Origin: Lama guanicoe
Taxonomy: Eukaryota
Reading direction: 5' to 3'
DNA: 64,000 nt
Assembly: GCA_013239625.1 (NCBI GenBank)
Contig: MU053482.1
Coordinates: 1,773,168 to 1,837,167, forward strand
Of the stretch, positions 37,308-48,400 are shown piece after piece (the first letter of the stretch is position 1; the number at the start of each line of letters is the position of its first letter). A program made the translations under genes and the position numbers. Below the pieces are notes generated by a model that had not been told where the DNA came from, searched no databases, and saw only the letters and a list, made by a program, of their open reading frames with translations.

Positions 37308-37521
37308 CTCAGGTAGTCGCGCCGGCATAGGATGAGGTTGGCCTTGGTGTAGAGGGTGGAGCCCACCTCGCCCAGGCGGCAGTCGCAGCAGGCACACTTG
37401 AGGCAGTCCTCGTGCCAGTACTTGTCCAGGGCCTTCAGCAGGTAGCGGTCCTTGATCTTGCGGTTGCAGCCCGCACAGCCCTTCTGCTTCCCTTTGGGCT
37501 GGACGGAGAGCATCGGCACTC
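37308..37521 (-). CDS. LMO1: LMO1 coding exon 2 (first LIM domain)
   Basis: Translates (G)[70 protein letters not shown](R), a C-x2-C...H-x2-C-x2-C-x2-C...C-x2-D LIM domain. Acceptor ctgcag|GA, donor AG|gtgggc; 214 bp. Confidence 0.98.
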
Positions 37522-40500
37522 CTGCAGATGGACAGAGGACAGACAGATGGACACGCGGGCCCCACGACTCCTGGTCTCGGGGCACATCCCTCTGCTTTTC
37601 TTTGCTGCACCCTCCAGGGCTGGGGTTCCCAGGAGGCCCTCACTGTCTCCCCAGCAACCACCTCCCCTGGCCCTGGGTCCTGTCTTGTGGGCTGCCCGCA
37701 TGGCCTCCTCCTCTGTCCTGTGATGGTCCCTCCAGAAGCTGCGGGAGCCCCACGCCTGCTCTGCTGCAGGGCACACAACGAGCCCCAAGGCTCTGCCCCC
37801 TAGCCACAGCAGGCCTGAGGCCTTCTCATGCAGCTACCATCCCACTGGCTCTTTCGGCAGCCCTAAGAGTGGTCTCTCGCCATGGGCTTGGGGTCCCCTA
37901 GAACTCCAGAATCTTTTTCCACCTCAAGACATCTTCACATTGCTGTGTGCTTGACCATTTTAACCCAGTACGCCAGGCTACAGCCTCGTGGTCTATTCAC
38001 GTAGAACTGCGGAGGCGTCAAGAAGAAAGCGACATGCCGGTGTGATACTCCCTGGTAGACCAGGAGCTCAGCAGCTCCTGGCAGGTGTGTGTGGGGAGGT
38101 AGCTGGGCCTCGCCTAGTTGGGGCTCTCTTTAGGAGTGTTTCTAGCTAGATTCAAACTTCCTACCTGGCCTGCTTGAGGGAGGGGAAGTTCTGTGCCTCT
38201 GCATCTGTACTCCTCCTAGCAGGATAAGAATCTCTAAGATGCTGGCCCTCTCCTAAAGCCATGTGAGCTTCCCAACATACTAGAAAGTGGTAAGCATAAA
38301 GGGCAGGACTCTTGGCATGGCCTTCAGCAGGGGGAGGGGCAGACCTCCCAGAAGGCCAGTGTGCACACTCACGGGCACCCCATGCACACAGGCACAGCGT
38401 GCAGGCGTGGGCATGTGTGCCCAGAGGCACAGGCTCCTGGCCCCCAGTCCTGAGGCCACAGGGAGGGGCAGTTGAGAAGGAGGTGGGGACAGATGTCGTG
38501 TAGGAGCCTGGACATCCACGGAAGCCCTGAGGCTTGCGTGTAGTGGAGATCAGGCTTGGAAGGAAGTGCAGGGTCTCAGAGCCTGGCTGGACAGCAGGGT
38601 TGCCTGTGAGACTTGTCTAAGAGCTCCTCATAAAGGTGGTGGGGGTTGGCATGGTCTTTCCCTGACCAAGGCCCAGGTGGAGGCAGAGGGCACCTCTGGA
38701 GGGAACAGCCTGTTCCTTAGTGCCTCCTTGGTGTTCCAGCAAGCTCCTGAAGCCTGCCCTCCTCTTGGGCCCATTGTCTCCAAAGGAACCCTGTAGTCTC
38801 CAAGGCTCTGGGTTCAGCTCCCAGCCCCTGGCACCCCTCCTCTCCTTCTCCCCCCACCCCACTCTCCTAGCCCAGGGTCTGAGCTGCTTCCTTTCCATTC
38901 CGTCTTCCACGTTGTGACCCTTCCTCAGGCTTGAGGGGAGAACCGGCTTCCAAAGGACCTCTGTCTCTGAATCCACAGACGTCAGGTCAGAGGGGCCCTC
39001 AGAGTTCTTACAGGCAAATGTTTCTCATTCTATGGATGGCAAAGCTGAGGCCCAGGCGGTCCAAGGGGCTGGTGTAAGCCACTGATCAAGCCAGCCCCTA
39101 GGGTCCTTCCTTTCTCCTATGCTTTTTCTCAGCCTCACAGACTCCTCAGACTTCTCCTGGAGATGGGGTGGCTCTCTGGGACTCAGGAGCAGCAGGACAG
39201 GTGAGGGCCGGGAGGAGGCAGAGCGGGCTGCCATGAGCTTGCTCCTTCCTCCTGCCTCCAGTCCCCGCAGGGCCCATCTGTTAGCTTGGAAGTTCACTGC
39301 CTAATTTCCTTAATGCAGCTATAAAGGTTAATTGATCTGAGAGAGCGATGGGGCTCAGGATGACTCTGTCCCCAGGCCTGCCTGTGTCTTCTCTGACCAG
39401 GGCCTGCCCTGTCACAGAGGTCTGAGTTGTCCATTGAGGCCAGCTGGGGGGCAGGCATCCCTGAAAGCCAAGGGGGCCCTGAGGGGCTCCTTCCAAGGCC
39501 TGGCCACAGACAGCAAGTGGGGGAGGGGTTCAAAGAGCTGACAAGGGGAGGTCTGAGGGCTCCCAGGGTAAAACTACTGTCCTGGGGCCATGGAGGGAGT
39601 GCCCAGCCAGCATTGCTATGCATATGAATTCGTTTGGAAAACCTCAGGCCAAGCCTCTATCTAGTGCCCTCAAGGCTTATTTTCCCCTTGCTCTTCTGGG
39701 CTGGCAGCATGCCTGGCTCCCTTCCCGGCAGTCCCGAGCCCTCCCAGGGCTCTATACTTGTGCTATTGCTGGCAGGGGCATGAGTGGCTGGGAACATCCT
39801 TACTCAGGGGATACAGCTGGCCCACTACCTTATTCCCCCAAATGAAGGAGCACTAGGAGTATCTGTCCTGCTGCTCTATCTTCCATCTGGCTGGGCTCCT
39901 GGGTAGGCTGAGCCTGCAGGGCTATGGACCACATGGTAGCTGGCAATTCCATCACTGGTGGGACTGGCCACCTAGAGGACCCAGGGAGGCCACAGGAACA
40001 AAGACACATGCTCCTGCAGGTCCCCCAGGCTGGGCCTGGCACACAGCAGGTGCTCTGTAAAGCCTGCACACCCTGCTCTAGGGTGCTGGACTATGCTCCT
40101 GGCCCATGGAGAACTCTTAAGAAGCCATGTGGCTTCTGCCAGTGTCTTGACATCCACTGAGACATTGAACACCAGGGCCAGTCTGGCTGAGGAGGTCCCA
40201 GGGCATCTGGGTATCTTAAGCTTTCTGTCTGGAAAGGCTGAGGTCCTGGGAGAAGTCAAACTCACCCCTTCCTTCTTTACGAAACACCCACATTGTATGC
40301 TCTCACTGGGCTAGTACAGGAGACTTGAAAACACTCCTGGAAAGGTGAAGGGGCCTTATGGGGGGGCATCTATAATCTCTTTCTCCCCAAATAGAGTGGG
40401 ATGCTCCCCAGAGGGTCCAGATTCTCCCTCCTAGTTCTGCCTCCCCAGCCTCCACCCAGCCTGCCAGTCGGCCCTGCAGACACCCCCTCCCTCCCTCCCT

Positions 40501-40539
40501 CCCCTGCCCCACTCTGGGAGCTGAGCCTCGGGCCATGCA

Positions 40540-40830
40540 CTTTCCATTAAGGAGATAGCATCCCTTTGCTGAAGTCCATTTGGGATCCATTTTAGTGTTA
40601 TCTAAAAATCAAATCTACATGGTAATCCTTTTAATGTACTCCTGACTTTAGAAAAAACCAGCTTTGCGCTCCTTCAGGAAAGGTTTTAAAGCATTACCCA
40701 GTAATTACTACTCACCCATGAAAACACTGATATTTTACAATGGGCAACGTTTGCCCCTGCATGCGTGTGTGGGCTCATGCTCAGGCACACACACAGGACC
40801 CAGCAAAATAAACCAATTCACGCAGCCCAT
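40540..40830. promoter_or_regulatory. Intron-1 GATA enhancer (probable orthologue of the rs2168101 element)
   Basis: AT-rich unique block about 3.1 kb into intron 1. Contains TTATCT (AGATAA on the gene strand) at 40598-40603, AGATAG at 40553-40558 and TAATTA. Confidence 0.6.
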
Positions 40831-41869
40831 GTGTTCCCCCAAATCTGGGGGTATGAGGGGGATGACATCTGAGGGGAGATGGGCCAAACCCCTACCCCGC
40901 CTCCACCCTGGGCAGGCTGATGGTGGAAGGAGGCAGCCTCCCAGTCTGACTCATCTGGCTGCCAGACACTTACCCTCAGCTCTTTAATCTGGGGAAAAGC
41001 CAGACAGTCCGGGTGATCAGGAGGGACTGCCAGAGGTCATTCAGCATTTTCTGCACCCCCACCAGAGTGGTCTGCGGGGCCAGACCCAAGACCTTAGCAA
41101 CTTCTGCCCACCTATCCCAGGCCAGCCTACCCCTCAGGCCCGGCACTTGGACTTCTCCAAACTGCCAAGACCACTGGCTCCCAGTCCCACTGATGTCTCC
41201 ACTTTGGACAGAACACTGAGCTGGCTGTGGAGCATCCCATCCGCCCTCCAGTGAGCTCCTCCGAGGCCAGTCCTCCTCCCCAGAATGCCCACCCCATCCA
41301 GGCCTGGGTAACCCCAGGTTACGCCCTGCGGCTCCCCTGCTGGAAGCCACTGTGGCCACCACTGGCCACTCCACCTGGCATTTGAGGCCCCCTCCCACAT
41401 GTCAGTATGCCCTGCCTGGCACTGCTGGCTCTGCTACCTGCAGAATCCAGGAATAATATCCCTTTCCATCCTGCAAGTGGATCTGGTTTGCTTTCGTCCC
41501 AGGGCCTTCCTTCCACCACTGCTCCAGGAAGGAATGCCTTACCCTGCCCACTGCACTCTTCCCCCAGAGGTCAGGGTAACAGTAGGGCTGAGGCTAAGAG
41601 CACAGACCTTGAACTCAGAGAGCCTACATTCTAGTCTGGGAACAGACCCAAGTAGCCGGAGGACCTGGCGCAAAGCCCTTCACCTTTCTGACGTGCATCT
41701 GTGAAATGGGGGCCACTCTCGTCTCCTTCCACCAGACTATGCTGAGGAGAGAATCAGGTTCTGCACAGGAGGGCCCGGCACAGGGTCTGGCAGCCAGATG
41801 GGACCAGCAGACAGGAGCTGGTAGCATTGTTAATACGCTCTCCGGGACGCCTTCCCTGTTCTGACACTT

Positions 41870-42620
41870 GTTTTCTTGTTCTTTTAACTTTTTATCTTGA
41901 CAACATTTCACACTTTCAGGAAAGTTGCAAGAAAAGAAGGAATGCTTGTGTACCCTTTACCCTGATTCTCTAAATATGAATGTTTTACCATATTTGTTTT
42001 ATCCTTCCCTGTTTATCCACTTCCCCGACTCCCTTCCTATAATTTTTTCCCTAACTCCTTTGAGAGTTGGTTTCAGACATGAAGCCCCTGTACCCCTGAA
42101 TACCTTGGTGTATATTTCCGAAGAGCAAGGACATTCTCTCACATAATAGCAGTATGATGATCAAAACCAGGAAATGATCACTGATCCAATACCATTATCT
42201 AATCTACAGACCTCACTCAGATTTAATCAGTTTTCCCCAATAATAGCATTTATGGCAAAACAAAAGTCCGGATCATGCATTTCATTCAGTTGTCAGGTTT
42301 AGTCTACTTAAATCTGGAGGGATTCCTAAGCTTTTCTTTGTGTTTCAAGACACTGGCATATGCATATTTATTTATTTATTTACTTATTTATTTATTTGGT
42401 TTATTTTAAGATTTTTTGTGGGGGGGAGGTAATTAGATTTATTTATTTATTTTTATTTTTTAATGGAGGTACTGGGGATTGAACCCAGGACCTCGTGCAT
42501 GCTAAGCATGTGCTCTACCACTGAGCTATACCCTCCCCCTAAGGCACTGGCATTTTTGAAGAGTGCAGGCCAGTTATTATGGAGTTTCCTTCAATTTGGG
42601 TTTGTGTGACACCTTTCACC
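41870..42620 (-). mobile_element. Old L1 3' fragment interrupted by a SINE
   Basis: aaagttgcaaga...ccctttacc...tgtatatttcc...caaggacattctc...aaaaccaggaaat pattern of L1M 3' ends. Confidence 0.6.
42360..42539 (-). mobile_element. tRNA(Ala)-derived SINE, camelid Vic-1 type
   Basis: Minus strand reads GGGGAGGGTATAGCTCAGTGGTAGAGCACATGCTTAGCATGCACGAGGTCCTGGGTTCAATCCCCAGTACCTCC with A and B boxes and an (AAAT)n tail. TSD aagacactggcat (42347-42359) / aaggcactggcat (42541-42553). Confidence 0.85.
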
Positions 42621-44899
42621 TTTGACTGTATGAACTTAACTCTCGGTCTCAGTCTTCTTTGTTGTAAAATGAATATGAAACCAGCACTCATCTCACAGAG
42701 TTTCCATGAGGAATCCAGGAGTTAATACAAGTGAAGTATTTAGAACTAGCCAGACCTGGCAGTCAATAGTTAGCCCTGATTAGTGTCACCCAATCAGCAC
42801 ATGGGGAAAGATGACCTTGGTCACAGCTCCATCTCAAGTCCCTATGACAGTGATGGACACATTTTAAGGAAAATAAACTGATTTGAATATGCCACCGTGG
42901 TTAAAGTCACACAGGAACTGGCTGGAGTCCAGCCTTACCCAAAGGACAGCCTAATGGTCACTGCAAATGTGTGCAGGAGATCAGCCCCGTCTGTCCAACA
43001 GGGTGCTGCAAAGACCAGTCAGAGGAGAAGGGGTTGCTGGGACAGCTTAGGTCGGGGCAGCTCACAGCAGGTCCCTGTGTGCCCTGGGAAGCCCTGGGGG
43101 CACAGACATGTGTGGCCATGGGATTTCTCATCTCTCCATGTGCCTTAGTCTTGGTTCCATGCTTGTGCCCACACAGCACAACACAGCTGCCCAGCACAGT
43201 TCTGGGGCTTCCCTCTCTTACACTGGGGGCAGGCAGGGAGCCTGGGCAGGGCTCTCTCAGGGTCTAAGGGCAATCTGCAGAGAGATGTCACTGAAGAACA
43301 CTTAGCAGTGCTCAGCTTCTAAGGGCTTGGCTCACAACTGCCTTATGAGACAGGTACCATGATTATTCCCATGTTAACAATGGGAAAAGTGAGGACCAGA
43401 AAGGCTGTGACTTGTCATGGGTCACGAGTTGGAACGAGACAGAGCTGGGGTTTGAACCCCTGCAGTCTGTCTTCAGGGCCTAACCATTGGGCTCATCTGC
43501 TCTGCTGCCAGGCTGGGTGCTGCTCACCCTGAGGTGCTAGCAGACCTGGGTGGGAGACATCACACCGATTAGGAGACACAGGAGGTATGCAGATGCAGGT
43601 GACGCATGCAAACCTACGTAAGAGCACATATACTTTCACACGTACGTGTAATCGCACACTAGGTCCAGGTGTGGGACTGTGTGTGCTTGTTCTCCCCACA
43701 ACGGTCTTATTCCAGGCTGCCGCACAGGCCAGCATATAACAGGTGCTCAGTAAAGTGCGTGAAGACATACCCTCGCACCCAAGCACGTGCGTGCATGGGT
43801 GTGACATAAATATACACACATATGCACGAATAATCACAGGCACATTTACTGCCTTTTAAAAAACTGCATTTCCAAAAAGTGGACTGTAGCTCAAAAACTC
43901 TGATTTGAACCTAGCCCACAAGTGAGAGGCCTGGTGCTTTGTTCTCAGTAACCACTTTCCCACAGGAAATGGAAGAGCACGAGCCCCAAAGTTTCGCCTA
44001 CATGGATCCATGCAGAGCAGCAGCAATGATCTAGAAATGATCAGTCCCACAAAAGTCACACCCACGTCAGCTGCTGGGGTGGGGTTTGGGCCCCTGCCAT
44101 CTGCAAGGTGCCTGGACCTGGCTGGACCCCTGGCCGGGCCTGGAACTGCAGAAGAGGATCCCAAACAGAGCAAGCCAGTGGCCCCTCCTCAGCCTCCATC
44201 CTGTTTAATAAGGAAATTTGAAATTGTAATCTAATTCTGCTGAATCTCTTTAAATCTCGTTTTCTCCAAAGTCACTTCATTTCGCGCGGCCACATCCAGC
44301 CTTGTGAGAAGGCCTCCATTTCACACCGGTTTTATCTCCACAATTTCTCGTCTCACTGCACTCCTATCCCAGGGCCTTGCCATGCGCCAGGCAAGGCCTG
44401 AACTAATAGCATTTCCTACTCATTTGGAATCAAAAGCCAACGAGAACAACTGTTGAGCTGCGCAGCTACAGCCACCTAGAGAACGCTCGTTACCGCCCCT
44501 CCGTGCACCCCTCGCGGGCACCTGCTCATTGGGCTGGATGAGAGAGGAAAGTGGGGCTCCCGGGGCCTCCCAGTCCCCGCTGGGGCAGGTCAGGGAGGCT
44601 GGGTGGGGAAGGGGGCTCGGCTGACAGGGTGGCAGTCAGCACAGTCAGGGGACTGGCCCCTTTGACCCAGGCAGTGCCCCTCCCGGGGGTCCGGGAGAAG
44701 AGGCAGGCAGGGTGGTCCCTGCAGACAGATGGTGTCAGCTGTAATTCTGATTCCATCCCTTCCCTGCTCTGCCTCAATACGCTCACCTGCTAAAGGACGA
44801 CAGCCCGCTTTAAAGGATTATTTGGAGGATGAAATTAGATAACAGACACGAGATACTCCTAACAGTGCTTGACACAGTAGCTTAAAAAAGTCAGCCAAG

Positions 44900-45440
44900 A
44901 AAACTTACCTACGTCTGATGACCCAACAATTTTCTGCCTAAGTGTGCGCCCAACAGAAATGAGGGCTTATGGCCTTTAAAAGAGGTGTGTGAGGATGTTC
45001 ACAGCAGTGTTCTTCATGACAGCCCCAAATGGAAACAACACAGGTGTCCACCAACAGCGAACGGGATAATAAACCACGCTATGGTCATCCAATGGAAGAG
45101 GCCACAGCAATGAAAATGAAAGATTCACGGAGGCACACAACAGCATGGATGAATCAGACAGTGTAACGTGGAGTGAAAGAAGCCAGACACTGAAAGGTAC
45201 ACACCACATCATTCTACTTATACGTCATTCCCAAACAGGCAAACCAGATCCAGGGTGATGGAGGTCAGAATAACGGGGTGCGTTATCACCTGGCAGGAGG
45301 TGTGAGGAGGCCTGCTGAGGTCCTGGAAATGTCTTCTATCTTGGGTGGATCTGGGTCGTGTTTAAATGGGTGCATACATGTGGGAAACCACGCTGCACTG
45401 AACATTTGAGACTTGTGTATACATTATACCTCAACAACAA
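44900..45440 (+). mobile_element. Old L1 (L1ME-like) 3' end
   Basis: gacccaacaatt...atgttcacagcag...gccccaaatggaaacaac...catggatgaatc...gtgaaagaagccagacac. Confidence 0.75.
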
Positions 45441-48400
45441 TGAAAAGACTAAGACAAAGACTCCTCAGTCTGGACGTCATATTCCTCTTCTCAAAACCCA
45501 CTGTTCACCCAGCGCTCGCTACATCTGTTGTCTCAGTGAATCCTCATATTAACCCTGATGCACTAAATGATTCCCCATTCAACAGAGGAGAAAACAGAGG
45601 CCCAGAGAGTTTCAGGCCCTTACCCGAGGTTACACAGCCGGAAGGCGGCAGGGTGGGGACTGGAGCCCTGATAGGCCAGGCTCCAGAGTTCAGGTTCTCA
45701 CCCAGCACACACCCTGTGGCCTCCCTGAACAGCCCAGGTAAAGAAGGTTTGTGGGGGCAGCATCTGGGTTCTCCTGTGCAGCCTAGACACAGATGATGCT
45801 AGAGTGGGAGCCTGGGGGACATGCTTAGAGAAGGGTCTGGGCTAAGACCAGGAGGAATGATGGCCCAGACAGGGCACTGGTCCCTGCTTTGCTGGGTCAC
45901 AAGCCATTGGGTCTCACCTGTTGGTCCTTCAGAAGCTGCAGCTGCAGTGGGATCTTGAAAGGGCTTCTGGCAGGGCCAGAAAGGGGGCATGAACCAAAAA
46001 TCTAAGGACAAAGGGGCTGGGAAAGGAGCAGGAAGGCCATGTGGAGGCAGAGCTGAGATGCTTGCTTTGCAGCCTTGAGAGGGACAGAGTAGTCTCAACC
46101 GGAAGGGCTGTGCTGTAAGGAGAGAGTTGGGGGCTCCAGACCTAGAGCCACAAATGTGAGGGGCCCATCAATACCCCAGGGCTTTGTGTGCATGAAGGGG
46201 TCAGGAAAGGGGGCCCGGAGAGGGGCTCGGCTGAGGGCAGGAAATTCAAAGGGGGACTAGCAAGGCGTGCCTTCTCTGAAGAGCCAAGTTCCTCCTGGTC
46301 CCCCAGTCTACCATGGTAGAGGCTCAAGGAAAGCACTGTCCAGTTGTGACCCCAAACGTCGGCAGCCACCGCAGCTGCGTCTGACCACAGGATAACATCC
46401 CATGCTGAATGCCTGCTGTGTGCCAAACGCTTTAAACCCACTCATGCTCACCCTCATCATGCCCCTGAGATCAGAGAAATCACACAACCTGCCCAAGAGT
46501 GTCCTGTGAGTAGCCAAGCAGGGCCCTGGACCCGAGCTGCGGGCCAGGAAGCGCCCCACCCCGTTCCCGCTCTCTCCAGAGGCTGCGTTGTGCCATCTTC
46601 CTCCTAAGCCAGTGGGCAAGTGAACTTCTGCTGGGACCCCGCCAAAAGAAGGCTGCTCGGAAGCACCCCTTGCAGGGCTGTAACCTCCAGAGGAACCACT
46701 TCCTGGGCAGGAGTCTGAAGCAGTAGGCATTTCCGCAGCGGGTTCTAGTGGAGGCAAACCTCCAGAGGAACCACGTGTCCTGAAGCCCCAGCTTGCAGGG
46801 ACCTTCCTGTGTGGGGAGGTGGAAGGGCTGAGGGGTTTCCACACACACTTTTTGGGTTTTCGCTGCTGATGGAAGCCGAGCCCAGCACAGCCCACAGTCG
46901 GGCAATGGCCTTAGGGGACCCAGTTGAGAACCTGAAGGGGGCTTGGATGATGTACCAAGAGACATGGGAGCAGGTGCAAACGGTATCTGAAGGGCACTTT
47001 GAAACATCAGAACTGCATGTGCTCTTTGGATTTTATCAGGGGAATGATGCCGAAGTTAACCACGCAGTTACATCCAGCACAGGTGCAGGCCCTCTCTTCT
47101 CATTCTTAGGTTGTCTCTGTAAAGCCCTAGACATAACTAGAAGGCAGCAGATCCAAAATAGGATTCTAGATCTCCTCCCCAAAACTGGTATATTTACCCA
47201 GACTTCCCGTCACAGTCCTAACACCATCATCCACCCGGGTGCTTAGGCCAGAAACTCAGAGTCATCCTCAGATCTTCCATCATCCACATCCCCTCACCCG
47301 TGCTTGATCCCCATCCCACCTGCTTCTTTCCATTTCCAGAGCCACCACCATCTTTCACTGCACTATCAGCAAAGCCCCCCACTGGCTTCTTGTGTCTAGG
47401 ATCCACAATCCAACTTCACATAGCAGCTGAAGAAATCTTCCAAAACAAAGTAGATCAGGCCACTGCTCAGCTTGACACCCTTCCTGAACTTCCAGTGGGC
47501 TGGGAATAACATCCACATTCTTCATCAAGCCTGTACTATCCTCATGTGATCTGGTCCCTCCCCCAAAACCCCCCTCCTCACCCCACCAGGTGCTTCCACC
47601 TCACTCCAGATCTCCCTCCTGCCTCAGGGCCTTTGTACATGCTGTTTCCCCCTCTGTAGAATACTCTTCCCTGTCTCTTTGTGTGGCTGGTTCCTTCTTA
47701 TCTTTGGGCTTCAGCTTAAATGTCATCTCCTCAGACAGGCCAGCCTTGACCTCCTTATTTAAATGACTCCCCAGTCATTTTCTTCTGAGTTTTTACCACA
47801 GTTTATAATTGTTTTACTTTTTTGTGATTTTACCTAAGAAAAATGAGTGGTCTCTCTCATAAGAATGTAAGCCCCATGAAGGCCTATTTTGGGGGCCTGT
47901 CTCTCTTGTTCACCACCGTGAATCCCACAGTGGTCACTTTTAGGCCTCATAGTGGTCACTTCTGAACCATCAGTTCAGTTAATGAATGAAGAGACTGAGC
48001 AGAATCTATGCAGATATTATTGCCAAGAGTCTGCTGGCCAGAGTGGGCTGATGCAGATAGGTAGGCTCCCCAGAGATGGAGCCATAATCAGGCTTGGCTG
48101 CCCTGTACCACACACCTGTAGCCATGCAGCTCTAAGAAATAAATGCAGGTCCAACTGTGTGATGCTCCCTAGGTTCCACCTGCCACAATCTGGAATGTGG
48201 AGAGGACCATCCCAGGGCTCCAGCTGAGAAATGACTGCTCTTGTGCAAATATACTATCTACCCCTTAGATGAAGGGACAGCAATCCTGTCCTTCGGCCCC
48301 TGCAGACCCATGAGGAATGAAACTCTCTGTGCCTCCCCTTGTGCGTAAATATCCATCCTAACTCTCAGGGGCTGGGGGGTTGAGCGCAGGCATCTGTGTA

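Noticed and set aside
33243..37521. Gene could be LMO3 or a processed copy
   Set aside because: Diagnostic residues and the C-terminus are LMO1, and introns are present.
37001..37585. 194-aa ORF as a single-exon LIM protein
   Set aside because: Only 37308-37521 is LIM-like and it has canonical splice sites; the rest is intron read-through.
42465..42539. tRNA-Ala gene
   Set aside because: It has a SINE tail and TSD, so it is a retroposed SINE.
46682..46774. 18-bp direct repeat AACCTCCAGAGGAACCAC, 75 bp apart
   Set aside because: Only two copies; most likely an old neutral tandem duplication.
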